64,000 bases of DNA from Pseudomonadota bacterium (GCA_040386255.1 JAZKFW010000084.1:7295-71294), one strand, 5' to 3'. Counted from the stretch's first letter, positions 50,301-59,151 are shown. Translations and numbers: made by a program. Notes: generated from the letters alone by a model not told the origin.

Positions 50301-50998
50301 TCTACGTGAACCGCAATATCGTCGGCGCGGTGGTCGGCGTGCAGCCGTTCGGCGGCGAAGGCAAATCCGGCACCGGCCCGAAGGCGGGCGGTCCGCTGTA
50401 CATCAAGCGCCTGCAACGCGCGGCGCCGCCATTGATGCGCCACGAACGCCACGCCACGCCAGGGCTCGACGCGCTGATGGTGTGGGCGCGCACGCACGGC
50501 CAGCAGCGGGTGGTCACGCTGGCCGAACAGTACATGCGCACGACGCTGCTCGGCACCACGCTGGCGCTGCCGGGGCCGACGGGCGAACGCAACACGCTGT
50601 CGTTCGCCCACCGCGGCATGGTGCTGTGCGCGTCGTCGCACATCGGCGTGCTGCTCAACCAGCTGGCCGCGGTGCTGGCCACCGGCAACCGCGCCATCGT
50701 GCTGGCCGGCTCCGGCCACCTGCTGCCGGAAGGGCTGCCGCCGGAAGTGCGCGACCGCATCCAGGTCATCGGCGATATCGAACAATGTACTTATCCGTTC
50801 CAGGTGGCGCTGCTGGAAGCGTCCACCGCGCACGCGCTGCGGCCGTTGCTGGCAGCCAGGGACGGGGCAATCATCAGCATGATCGACACCACCGAAGAAG
50901 GTGCGATCCCGTTGTGGCGTCTGGTGGCGGAGCGGGCGTTGTGTGTGAACACGACTGCCGCTGGCGGTAACGCAAGCCTCATGACGCTGGGTCTGTAA
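47375..50998 (+). CDS. putA: Bifunctional proline dehydrogenase / L-glutamate-gamma-semialdehyde dehydrogenase
   Basis: 1207 aa. PRODH barrel (YSYDMLGEAA, VKGAYWD) followed by an aldehyde dehydrogenase domain (ISPWNFPLAIF, ETGGQNA, QRCSALR). No N-terminal ribbon-helix-helix domain is apparent. Confidence 0.95.
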   Translation: MHTAPFAALHAEIKPQQSALRAAITAAYRRDEAEAVNWLLAQGAQANGGAAALAHKLVSQVRDKRTRSSGVDALMHEFSLSSEEGVALMCLAEALLRIPDSQTADRLIADKISKGDWRKHLGESPSLFVNAATWGLLITGKLVGTSSETGLGSALTRLIGKGGEPLIRKGVDLAMRMLGNQFVTGQTIDEALKNSRDNEARGYRYSYDMLGEAALTELDAQNYYKSYETAIHAIGKASNGRGIKDGPGISVKLSALHPRYSRAQYTRVMEELLPRVRSLVLLAKHYNIGLNIDAEEADRLEISLDLMEALAFDPDLAAFEGIGFVVQGYQKRCPFVIDYLADLARRSGRKFMVRLVKGAYWDAEIKRAQVDGMPGYPVYTRKVYTDVSYLTCAKKLLAASDLLYPQFATHNAHSLAVIYTWAKQDGVSNYEFQCLHGMGETLYDQVVGKENLDKACRIYAPVGSHETLLAYLVRRLLENGANSSFVNQIVDQKVSIESLIADPFDAARAQGGAPHPGIALPVALFGAERRNSSGIDLTNEDVLTDLAATLSKRRVYDAAPLIDGQLAQSASQAIVNPANHADVVGHVAEATSADVETALAAATAFAMDWQTIEPSVRADTIARVADLFEAHCHELMALAVREAGKSLPNAIAEVREAVDFLRYYAAQVHGSPNTLALGPVTCISPWNFPLAIFTGQVAAALAAGNVVLAKPAEQTPLIAHRAVQLFHEAGIPKGALQFLPGRGEVVGAALTADARVRGVIFTGSTEVAQLINRTLARRSLDESNEIPLIAETGGQNALIVDSSALPEQVVQDALSSAFDSAGQRCSALRVLFLQEEIADKTIRMLKGAMQELRVGVPDRLSTDIGPVIDSEARDNLLAHIERTKLKAKSVYSLPLPAGLEAQGTFVAPTVLEIGSLSELTQEVFGPVLHIIRYKRAALAQLIDSINTSGFGLTLGVHSRIDETIDFIASHAHVGNIYVNRNIVGAVVGVQPFGGEGKSGTGPKAGGPLYIKRLQRAAPPLMRHERHATPGLDALMVWARTHGQQRVVTLAEQYMRTTLLGTTLALPGPTGERNTLSFAHRGMVLCASSHIGVLLNQLAAVLATGNRAIVLAGSGHLLPEGLPPEVRDRIQVIGDIEQCTYPFQVALLEASTAHALRPLLAARDGAIISMIDTTEEGAIPLWRLVAERALCVNTTAAGGNASLMTLGL

Positions 50999-51034
50999 TG
51001 ATGCAGATGTTCGTTGTACAACTTGGAGGAAGAC

Positions 51035-52150
51035 ATGATAGTAGGGGTTCCAAAAGAGATTAAGAACAACGAGTACCGGGTCGGCCTCACGCCTCCCAGC
51101 GTACGCGAACTGACCTCGCGGGGTCACCAGGTGCTGGTGCAGAAAAGCGCCGGCCTCGAGATCGGCTTGCCTGACGAACAGTACGTCGCGGCAGGCGCGT
51201 CCATCGTCGACACCGCGAAGGAAATCTTTGCCCGTGCGGAAATGATCGTCAAGGTCAAGGAACCGCAGCCCGGCGAATGCGCGATGCTGGGCGAAGGCCA
51301 GATCCTGTACACCTATCTGCACCTGGCGCCGGATCCGGATCAGACGGCGGCGCTGGTGCGTTCGGGCGCGGTCTGCATCGCCTACGAAACCATCACCGGC
51401 GCCGGCGGCGGCCTGCCGCTGCTCGCGCCGATGAGCGAAGTGGCGGGGCGCATGGCGATCCAGGCCGGCGCCGCCCACCTCGAGAAATCGAAAGGCGGCA
51501 TGGGCTTGCTGCTGGGCGGCGTGCCTGGCGTTGCCGCCGGTCACATCGTGATCATCGGCGCCGGCGTGGTCGGCACCAACGCGCTGCAGATGGCGATCGG
51601 CACCGGTGCGCGCGTTACCGTGCTCGACAAGAACATGGACCGCCTGCGCCAGCTCGACCTGATTTTCGGCAACCGCATCGCCACCCAGTATTCGAACGCG
51701 CACGCAATCGAGGAAGCGGTGCTGTCGGCCGACCTGGTCATCGGCGGCGTGCTGGTGCCAGGCGCCGCGGCGCCGAAGCTGGTCACGCGCGACATGATTT
51801 CACGCATGAAACCGGGCGCGGTGGTGGTCGACGTCGCCATCGACCAGGGCGGCTGCTTCGAGACTTCGCACGCGACGACGCACGCCGATCCGACCTTCAA
51901 CCTCGATGGCGTGGTGCACTATTGCGTCGCCAACATGCCTGGCGCCGTTGCCCGCACCTCGACCTTCGCGCTCAACAACGCCACCATTGGCCACGCTGTG
52001 GCACTTGCGGAGAAGGGCTGGAAGCAGGCCATGCGCGACGACCCGCACCTCAGGAACGGCCTTAACGTGTGCCTGGGCAAGGTCACCTACGCCGCGGTGG
52101 CGCAGGCGCTGGACTACGAGTACGCGGCGGCGGACTCGATGCTTGGGTAA
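51035..52150 (+). CDS. ald: Alanine dehydrogenase
   Basis: [20 protein letters not shown], the NAD motif [11 protein letters not shown] and [23 protein letters not shown]. It starts 36 nt after putA. Confidence 0.93.
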   Translation: MIVGVPKEIKNNEYRVGLTPPSVRELTSRGHQVLVQKSAGLEIGLPDEQYVAAGASIVDTAKEIFARAEMIVKVKEPQPGECAMLGEGQILYTYLHLAPDPDQTAALVRSGAVCIAYETITGAGGGLPLLAPMSEVAGRMAIQAGAAHLEKSKGGMGLLLGGVPGVAAGHIVIIGAGVVGTNALQMAIGTGARVTVLDKNMDRLRQLDLIFGNRIATQYSNAHAIEEAVLSADLVIGGVLVPGAAAPKLVTRDMISRMKPGAVVVDVAIDQGGCFETSHATTHADPTFNLDGVVHYCVANMPGAVARTSTFALNNATIGHAVALAEKGWKQAMRDDPHLRNGLNVCLGKVTYAAVAQALDYEYAAADSMLG

Positions 52151-52914
52151 TCCAGGCAAAAACGCCTGACGATATGGAAGGCATAGCGCGCGGCGACCGA
52201 TTTCACGAAATGTAGAAAATCGGTCGCCGCGTCTTCATTTGCGTTGTCGGAAATCGTACGGATGACGGCGAACGGCACGCCCAGCTCGAAACACACTTGC
52301 GCCACCGCCGCCCCCTCCATCTCGACCGCCAGCAAGCCTGGATGGGACGAATTCAATCGTTCGATATGGCCACGGCTGCTGACGAACTGGTCGCCGCTGG
52401 CGATCAGGCCGCGGTGCACCCGCGGCTGACCCAGCCTGAACACCTGCCTGTCTTCCAAACCGATCACATCCCGAAAGTCCGCTTCCAGGAATCCGAGCGC
52501 CGCGCCGGCCAGCTGCGCCGACAACCGTGAATCCGAGGGAAAGTTCGAAATACCGGTCAACGGCACCTCGAAACGAGGGAAAAGGGGACTGGCGTCCATG
52601 TCGTGCTGCACCAGCGATTCGCCGATGACAATGTCGCCAACCCGCACGCCGGCATCGCCAGAACCTGCCACACCGGTGAACAGGATGTGGGTAACTCCGA
52701 ACTTCTCCACAAGCATCGCCGCCGTCATCGATGCCGCGACCTTGCCAATACGCGACAGGACGCACACAGCGTCGATGCCGAACAGTCGGCCGGTGGAGTA
52801 GTCACGCATGCCGTGCACGACCATGGCGGCCCCTTCCATGGCTTGCACGAGCCCTTCCTGTTCTTCATGAAGGGCGCTGATGATTCCTAAGCGCTTGATT
52901 TTGTGGTGATTCAT
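52114..52914 (-). CDS. PNP_UDP_1 family nucleosidase (MTA/SAH nucleosidase-like)
   Basis: LGIISALHEEQ, FTGVAGS, GDQFV and VEMEGAAVAQVC...IRTISD are Pfs/MtnN-like motifs. Its 3' end overlaps the ald 3' end by 37 nt (convergent). Confidence 0.75.
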   Translation of the reverse strand: MNHHKIKRLGIISALHEEQEGLVQAMEGAAMVVHGMRDYSTGRLFGIDAVCVLSRIGKVAASMTAAMLVEKFGVTHILFTGVAGSGDAGVRVGDIVIGESLVQHDMDASPLFPRFEVPLTGISNFPSDSRLSAQLAGAALGFLEADFRDVIGLEDRQVFRLGQPRVHRGLIASGDQFVSSRGHIERLNSSHPGLLAVEMEGAAVAQVCFELGVPFAVIRTISDNANEDAATDFLHFVKSVAARYAFHIVRRFCLDYPSIESAAAYS

Positions 52915-52966
52915 GGTTCTGGAAGACGGTTTTCAGCGCTTGTCCACATTCTTCGCTGCGTTTACT

Positions 52967-53031
52967 GTTTTATACAAAGATATATATATAAATTTAGTAG
53001 TAATAGTAAACGGCGATTTTTTTGTGGATAA
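52967..53031 (+). repeat. Origin-unwinding-like module 1: A/T tract, TAG/TAA trinucleotide run, spacer, DnaA box
   Basis: 52967-52994 is an A/T-rich tract with a single C and two Gs. 52995-53009 reads TAG TAG TAA TAG TAA. A 13-nt spacer ACGGCGATTTTTT follows, then TGTGGATAA at 53023-53031. Confidence 0.5.
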
Positions 53032-53400
53032 CTCGGTTTTTATCAACAGGCTCAACGGTTTACGGCGTTTACAAGTACGCTCAAAAACATTGTATCCAGT
53101 TGGGATCATTGTTGGATAAAAAATCGGCTGTGGACAAATGGATGAGTTCTGCACATTAGACCCTGTGGATATCCAACAGCTTATCCACAGCCTTGGCCGT
53201 CGAGCCGTCAACTCGCGAAAGCGGGGATCAATGCCGAGCTATCAAAAGGGTAAGCTTGTCAAAATGGTTGGCTCATCGATTTTTGAAAAAGTAAAACCGT
53301 CTGCACAAAAAATAGTCATCAACGTTTGCCTTCTTTTTTTGACGCGAAGGTCCGGAGACACGGTTTTCGGGCTTTTCGAAGTCCTCTTTTCGTTTGCTTG

Positions 53401-53467
53401 TTTACTTAAACAAGTATGTATACAAGTTTAGTAGTAGTAGTTAACGCAGGCCATTTTCTGTGGATAA
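53401..53467 (+). repeat. Origin-unwinding-like module 2 (direct repeat of module 1 architecture)
   Basis: 53401-53428 is AT-rich and contains TATACAA, as module 1 does. 53429-53440 reads TAG TAG TAG TAG. An 18-nt spacer TTAACGCAGGCCATTTTC follows, then TGTGGATAA at 53459-53467. Confidence 0.5.
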
Positions 53468-53633
53468 GGCCATATTCTTTCACAAAATCAACAACTTGCA
53501 CGCTGTATAAACCGGTTAACGACTTTGTATGCTGCTGGTGGCAATTCTGGACAATTTCTGGGGTGTGAATAAAATAGGGTTTATCCACAAACCGTACCTG
53601 TGGATATTCATAGACTTATCCACAGGAGGTTGT

Positions 53634-54671
53634 ATGGACGTGTTGTCGCTGATGGAATTCCCGATCGTTCAAGGGCCGATGGCCGGAGGTTCCTGCACGC
53701 CTGCCCTGGTGGCCGGGGTGTCGAACGCCGGTGGTCTGGGCAGCCTGCCCGGCTCGCTTCTCACGCCCGCGGCAATCCGCGAGCAGGTCGGACAGGTCCG
53801 CACGATGACCGATCGGCCGTTCCAACTCAATTTCTTCGTTCAGGCAACGCCCGCGCCCAGCGAACAGGAAGTGAAAGCCGGCGTCGAATTGCTGCGCCCC
53901 ATATGGGAAAGCCTGGGCTGGAGCGAACTGCCGCTGCCGGCCCAGTGGGCGCAGGACTTCGGCGCCCAGTTCGAAACGCTGCTCGAATTGAAGCCCGCCG
54001 CCGCCAGCTTCACTTTCGACATCTTGTCGGAGACGCAAGTCGAGCGCCTGCACTCGGCCGGCATCGCCGTCATCGGCACCATCACCACGTTGGAAGAAGC
54101 GCTGGCCTGGGAGAAAATCGGCGCCGACGCCGTGGTGGCGTCCGGCATCGAGGCGGGCGGACACCGCGGTACTTTCCTCGGCCCGCAGGAAGAAGCGACG
54201 CTGTCGGCGCGCAAGCTGTGGCCGCTGGTGGCGGAAGCGGTCGAGATTCCCGTCATTGCCGCCGGCGGCATCATGACCGGCGTCGACATCCAAGAAGCAT
54301 TGTCGCTCGGCGCCAGGGCCGTACAGATGGGAACCGCCTTCCTCGTGACCGACGAGTCCGGCATCCATCCAGCCTACAAGCAGAAGCTGCTGTCGGGCAG
54401 CGGCCTGACGACGCGGCTGACCCGCAGTTTCTCCGGCCGCTACGCCCGCGGCATCGAAAATCGTTTCATGAAGCAAATGGAGAGTGTGGAGACGCAAGTT
54501 CCAGCGTATCCTGTGCAAAATGCATTGACAGGAAGTATACGAGCAGCCGCCGCAGCCAGCGGCGACACCGAACTGATGTCGATGTGGGCCGGCGCCGAAG
54601 TCGGCCGTTCGCGCGCGCTGTCGGTGGCGCAGCTGATGCAAACGCTGGTGGCGGAGATGCGCCCTACTTGA
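53634..54671 (+). CDS. Nitronate monooxygenase (NMO / 2-nitropropane dioxygenase family)
   Basis: ATG 53634 follows AGGAGG. PIVQGPMAGGSCTPALVAGVSNAGGLGSL, GIEAGGHRG and IPVIAAGGI are FMN-binding TIM-barrel motifs. Confidence 0.85.
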   Translation: MDVLSLMEFPIVQGPMAGGSCTPALVAGVSNAGGLGSLPGSLLTPAAIREQVGQVRTMTDRPFQLNFFVQATPAPSEQEVKAGVELLRPIWESLGWSELPLPAQWAQDFGAQFETLLELKPAAASFTFDILSETQVERLHSAGIAVIGTITTLEEALAWEKIGADAVVASGIEAGGHRGTFLGPQEEATLSARKLWPLVAEAVEIPVIAAGGIMTGVDIQEALSLGARAVQMGTAFLVTDESGIHPAYKQKLLSGSGLTTRLTRSFSGRYARGIENRFMKQMESVETQVPAYPVQNALTGSIRAAAAASGDTELMSMWAGAEVGRSRALSVAQLMQTLVAEMRPT

Positions 54672-54681
54672 GGAGCCTTGA

Positions 54682-56307
54682 TTGGAATCGGCAGGACAAT
54701 ACGACTACATTATCGTGGGAGCCGGCACTGCCGGCTGCCTGCTGGCAAACCGCCTCACACGCAAGAAAGACACCACCGTCCTGCTGATCGAGGCCGGCGG
54801 CAAGGACGATTACCTGTGGATCCACATTCCGGTCGGCTACCTGCATTGCATCGGCAATCCGCGCACCGACTGGCTGTACAAGACCGAAGCCGACGCCGGC
54901 ATCGGCGGGCGCTCGCTGGTCTACCCGCGCGGCAAGGTGCTGGGCGGCAGTTCGTCGATCAACGGCATGATCTACATGCGCGGCCAGGCCGGCGACTACG
55001 ACCGCTGGGCCGAGCTGACCGGTGACTCGTCCTGGGCCTGGGACAAGGTGCTGCCGCTGTTCATGAAAACCGAGGACCACCACGGCGGCGCCAGCGCAAG
55101 CCACGGCAGCGGCGGCGAATGGCGCGTCGAAAAGCAGCGCCTGTCGTGGCAGATCCTCGACGCCTTCCGCGACGCCGCCGACCAGGCCGGCATCCCGAAA
55201 GTCGACGATTTCAATACCGGCGACAACGAGGGCTCTTCCTATTTCGAGGTCAACCAGCGCCGCGGCATCCGCTGGAATACCGCCAAGGCATTCCTGAAGC
55301 CGATCGCCGCGCGCGAAAACCTGACCATCATGACCGGCTGCCATGTCGAGCGCCTGGTGATCGAGAATACGGAACTTGGCCCGGTGTGCAAGGGCGTTGA
55401 ATTTACCGGCGGCGGCAGGAAGTATCGCGCCGACGCCGTCCGCGAAACCTTGCTGGCGGCGGGCGCCATCGGTTCGCCGCAAATTTTGCAGTTGTCCGGC
55501 GTCGGCCCCGCGGCAGCGCTCAACCAGCATGGCATCGTCCCGCTGGTCGACGCGCCAGGCGTCGGCGAAAACCTGCAGGACCATTTGCAGTTGCGCATGA
55601 TTTACAAGGTGAACGGCGCCAAGACGCTCAACACCAGCGCCGCGACCTGGTTCGGCAAGATGAAGATTGGCCTCGAATATGCGGTGCGGCAGAGCGGGCC
55701 GATGTCGATGGCGCCGTCGCAGCTGGGCGCGTTTGCCAGGTCCGACCCCGGCCAGGCCAGCGCCAACCTGCAGTATCACGTGCAGCCGCTGTCGCTGGAG
55801 AAGTTCGGCGATCCGCTGCACCCGTTTCCGGCCTTCACCGCCAGCGTCTGCAACCTGCGCCCGACTTCACGCGGGCACGTCCGCATCGCCGGCAACGACA
55901 GCTACGCGCCGCCGAAAATCACCCCCAATTACCTGAGCACGGCCGAGGACCGCAAGACCGCCGCCGCGGCGCTGACGCTGACGCGCAAGATCGTCGCCGC
56001 GCAGGCGCTGGCCAGATATGCGCCGGAGGAATTCAAGCCCGGCATGCATTACCGCACCGAGGACGAACTGGCGGAAGCTGCCGGCCTGATCGGCACGACG
56101 ATCTTCCATCCGGTCGGCACCTGCAAGATGGGTCGCGCCGATGACCCGATGGCGGTGGTCGATAGTCAATTGCGCGTCATCGGAGTGGGGGGCTTGCGCG
56201 TTATTGATGCATCCGTCATGCCGAACATAACATCGGGCAACACGAATTCGCCGACCTTGATGATCGCGGAGCGGGCCGCTGAGCTCATCGCTGCTGTGCC
56301 GCGATGA
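54682..56307 (+). CDS. GMC family oxidoreductase (choline-dehydrogenase-like)
   Basis: TTG 54682 lies 6 nt after GAGGAG. YDYIIVGAGTAGCLLANRL (FAD), GKVLGGSSSINGMIYMRG, and the C-terminal HPVGTCKMG...VIDASVMP. Confidence 0.85.
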   Translation: MESAGQYDYIIVGAGTAGCLLANRLTRKKDTTVLLIEAGGKDDYLWIHIPVGYLHCIGNPRTDWLYKTEADAGIGGRSLVYPRGKVLGGSSSINGMIYMRGQAGDYDRWAELTGDSSWAWDKVLPLFMKTEDHHGGASASHGSGGEWRVEKQRLSWQILDAFRDAADQAGIPKVDDFNTGDNEGSSYFEVNQRRGIRWNTAKAFLKPIAARENLTIMTGCHVERLVIENTELGPVCKGVEFTGGGRKYRADAVRETLLAAGAIGSPQILQLSGVGPAAALNQHGIVPLVDAPGVGENLQDHLQLRMIYKVNGAKTLNTSAATWFGKMKIGLEYAVRQSGPMSMAPSQLGAFARSDPGQASANLQYHVQPLSLEKFGDPLHPFPAFTASVCNLRPTSRGHVRIAGNDSYAPPKITPNYLSTAEDRKTAAAALTLTRKIVAAQALARYAPEEFKPGMHYRTEDELAEAAGLIGTTIFHPVGTCKMGRADDPMAVVDSQLRVIGVGGLRVIDASVMPNITSGNTNSPTLMIAERAAELIAAVPR

Positions 56308-56414
56308 CAATTCAGGGTGAAATGGTAGTTATACCGTATTGTGACGAAATTTTATTGTGTGTATTATCGTAAAAAAAATACATAGCAGTATGATAAAAAT
56401 ATCACGGAGACCCA

Positions 56415-57185
56415 ATGACGGATGTCATATTACAGACAAAAAACCTGACCAAAGAGTTCAAAGGTTTCACAGCAGTAAGTGACGTCAACCTCAGTGTCGA
56501 GCGCGGTCACATCCACGCTCTGATCGGCCCGAACGGCGCCGGCAAGACCACCTGCTTCAACCTGCTGACCAAGTTCCTGGTGCCGACCTCGGGCCAGATC
56601 CTGTTCAACGGCAAGGACATCACGCACGCCAAGCCGGCCCAGATCGCCCGCATGGGCATCATCCGTTCGTTCCAGATTTCGGCGGTATTTCCGCACCTGA
56701 CGGTGCTGCAGAACGTGCGCATCGGCTTGCAGCGCGAACTGGGCACGTCCTTCAATTTCTGGCAGAGCGAGCGTTCACTGTCGCGCCTCGACGACCGCGC
56801 CATGCAGTTGCTGGCCGAGGTCGACCTGACCGAATTCGCCGACACCGTTACCGTCGACATGCCGTACGGCCGCAAGCGCGCGCTCGAAATCGCCACCACC
56901 CTGGCGATGGACCCCGAGCTGATGCTGCTCGATGAGCCGACCCAGGGCATGGGCCACGAAGACGTCCACCGCGTCACCGAGCTGATCAAAAAAGTATCGG
57001 CCGGCCGCACCATCCTGATGGTCGAACATAATATGAACGTGGTTTCCGGTATTTGCGACAAGATTTCAGTGCTGCAGCGCGGCGCCATGCTGGCCGAGGG
57101 CACGTATGCCGAGGTATCGCGCAACCCGCAGGTGATGGAAGCCTACATGGGCACCACCAGCGCCGACCTCGAAGGAGCGCACTGA
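56415..57185 (+). CDS. Branched-chain-amino-acid-type ABC transporter ATP-binding protein (LivG-like)
   Basis: GPNGAGKTT, the LivG-type insertion, PYGRKRALEIATTL, LLDEPTQGM, MVEHNM. Confidence 0.85.
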   Translation: MTDVILQTKNLTKEFKGFTAVSDVNLSVERGHIHALIGPNGAGKTTCFNLLTKFLVPTSGQILFNGKDITHAKPAQIARMGIIRSFQISAVFPHLTVLQNVRIGLQRELGTSFNFWQSERSLSRLDDRAMQLLAEVDLTEFADTVTVDMPYGRKRALEIATTLAMDPELMLLDEPTQGMGHEDVHRVTELIKKVSAGRTILMVEHNMNVVSGICDKISVLQRGAMLAEGTYAEVSRNPQVMEAYMGTTSADLEGAH

Positions 57186-57892
57186 TGGCCGCCGCTCTCG
57201 AGATCAGCAACCTGCAGGCGTGGTACGGCGAATCGCACATCCTGCACGACGTCAACCTGACGGTGAACCAGGGCGAAGTGGTGACCTTGCTGGGCCGTAA
57301 CGGCGCCGGCCGCACCACCACGCTGCGCGCCATCATGGGCCTGACCGGCAAGCGCACCGGCTCGATCAAGGTCAACGGCGTCGAGGCGATCGGCATGCCG
57401 ACCCACAAGATCGCCCACCTCGGCATCGGCTACTGCCCCGAGGAACGCGGCATCTTCTCGTCGCTGTCGACCGAGGAAAACCTGATGCTGCCGCCGGCGC
57501 TGGCCGGCGCCGAAAAGGGCATGTCGGTGCAGGAAATCTATCAGATGTTTCCGAACCTGTACGAGCGCCGCAACAGCCAGGGCACCCGCCTGTCGGGCGG
57601 CGAACAGCAGATGCTGGCGGTGGCGCGCATCCTGCGCACCGGCGCGCGGTTGCTGCTGCTCGACGAGATTTCCGAAGGCCTGGCGCCGGTCATCGTGCAG
57701 GGCCTGGCCCGCATGATCACCGAGCTGAAGGCCAAGGGCTACACCATCGTCATGGTGGAACAGAATTTCCGCTTCGCCGCACCTCTGGCGGATCGGTTTT
57801 ACGTGGTGGAGCACGGTCAGATCGTCGAGACCTTCGCTTCGTCGGAATTAAGCGCCAAGATGCCGGTTCTTACCGAGCTCCTCGGCGTATAA
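57185..57892 (+). CDS. Branched-chain-amino-acid-type ABC transporter ATP-binding protein (LivF-like)
   Basis: ATGA-type overlap with the previous gene. GRNGAGRTTT, LSGGEQQMLAVARIL, LLLDEISEGLAP, MVEQN. Confidence 0.85.
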   Translation: MAAALEISNLQAWYGESHILHDVNLTVNQGEVVTLLGRNGAGRTTTLRAIMGLTGKRTGSIKVNGVEAIGMPTHKIAHLGIGYCPEERGIFSSLSTEENLMLPPALAGAEKGMSVQEIYQMFPNLYERRNSQGTRLSGGEQQMLAVARILRTGARLLLLDEISEGLAPVIVQGLARMITELKAKGYTIVMVEQNFRFAAPLADRFYVVEHGQIVETFASSELSAKMPVLTELLGV

Positions 57893-57942
57893 GCATCACC
57901 CAGGCTTCAACAACAAACAACTATCCTCACGGAGACAAGAAA

Positions 57943-59151
57943 ATGAAACGTAAAGCTATTGCCATCGCCGCTACCGCAGCATGCGCACTCGGTATGTCCT
58001 TCTCGGCCCAAGCGCAGGTGTCGGGCGATACCATCAAGATTGGTTTCATCACCGACCTGTCCGGCACCTACTCTGACATCGACGGCAACGGCGGCGCCGA
58101 AGCCATCAAGATGGCGATCGCCGACATGGGCGGCATGGTCAACGGCAAGAAAGTCGAATTCGTCGTCGCCGACCACCAGAACAAGGCCGACATCGCCGCC
58201 AGCAAGGCGCGCGAGTGGTTCGACCAGCAGGGCGTCGACATGCTGATCGGCGGCACCAACTCCGGCACCAACCTGGCCATGGCCAAGCTGGCGGCCGAAA
58301 AGAAGAAGGTCTTCATCTCGATCGGCGCCGGCTCGGCCCGCCTGACGAACGAAGAGTGCACCCCGTACACCGTGCACTATGCCTACGACACCATCGCGCT
58401 GGCGCGCGGCACCGGCTCGACCATCGTCAAGCAGGGCGGCAAGTCGTGGTACTTCATGACGGCCGACTACGCGTTCGGCCAGTCGCTGCAGAACGACACC
58501 TCCGACGTCATCAAGGCCAACGGCGGCACCGTGCTGGGCGCGTCGAAGCACCCGCTGGCAGCATCTGACTTCTCGTCGTTCCTGCTGCAGGCGCAATCGT
58601 CGAAAGCGCAGATCCTCGGCCTGGCCAATGCCGGCGGCGACACCATCAACACCATCAAGGCGGCCAACGAGTTCGGCATCACCAAGACGATGAAGCTGGC
58701 CGGCCTGCTGATGTTCATCAACGACGTCCACTCGCTGGGCCTGAAGCTGACCCAGGGCATGTACCTGACCGACGGCTGGTACTGGGACCAGAACGCGGAA
58801 TCGCGCGCCTGGGCCAAGCGCTACTTCGCCAAGATGAAGAAAGAGCCGTCGATGCTGCAGGCGGCCGACTACTCGGCGACGATGACGTACCTGAACGCCG
58901 TCAAGGCCACCGGTACCGACGACGCCGACAAGGTCATGGCGCAGCTGAAGAAGACCAAGGTCAATGACATGTTCGCCAAGAACGGCGAAATCCGTCCGGA
59001 CGGCCGCATGGTCCACGACATGTACCTGATGCAGGTGAAGACGCCGGCCGAGTCGAAGTATCCATGGGATTACTACAAGGTCGTCGCCACCATCCCGGGC
59101 GCCCAGGCGTATGCCACCAAGGCCGAGACCAAGTGCTCGCTCTGGAAGTAA
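57943..59151 (+). CDS. ABC transporter periplasmic substrate-binding protein (type-1 PBP, Leu/Ile/Val-binding-like)
   Basis: Signal peptide MKRKAIAIAATAACALGMSFSAQA. IKIGFITDLSGTYSDIDG and the rest are typical of Liv-type binding proteins. Confidence 0.85.
   Translation: MKRKAIAIAATAACALGMSFSAQAQVSGDTIKIGFITDLSGTYSDIDGNGGAEAIKMAIADMGGMVNGKKVEFVVADHQNKADIAASKAREWFDQQGVDMLIGGTNSGTNLAMAKLAAEKKKVFISIGAGSARLTNEECTPYTVHYAYDTIALARGTGSTIVKQGGKSWYFMTADYAFGQSLQNDTSDVIKANGGTVLGASKHPLAASDFSSFLLQAQSSKAQILGLANAGGDTINTIKAANEFGITKTMKLAGLLMFINDVHSLGLKLTQGMYLTDGWYWDQNAESRAWAKRYFAKMKKEPSMLQAADYSATMTYLNAVKATGTDDADKVMAQLKKTKVNDMFAKNGEIRPDGRMVHDMYLMQVKTPAESKYPWDYYKVVATIPGAQAYATKAETKCSLWK

Larger units (their letters stand above)
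52940..53624. other. DnaA-box cluster in an AT-rich intergenic region (candidate oriC or DnaA-titration locus)
   Basis: Perfect TTATCCACA/TGTGGATAA 9-mers start at 53023, 53181, 53459, 53581 and 53616. One-mismatch copies start at 52940 (TTGTCCACA), 53129 (TGTGGACAA), 53164 (TGTGGATAT), 53564 (TGTGAATAA) and 53599 (TGTGGATAT). Confidence 0.5.

Noticed and set aside
47369-51703. Long minus-strand ORFs (47369..48919 and 50003..51703) opposite putA and ald
   Set aside because: They are shadow ORFs opposite two of the best-supported genes in the window.
53138-53431. 97-aa ORF inside the DnaA-box region
   Set aside because: It lies in AT-rich non-coding-looking DNA, has no RBS, shows a hydrophobic/odd composition and overlaps the DnaA boxes and the second trio module. 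It is most likely a chance frame.
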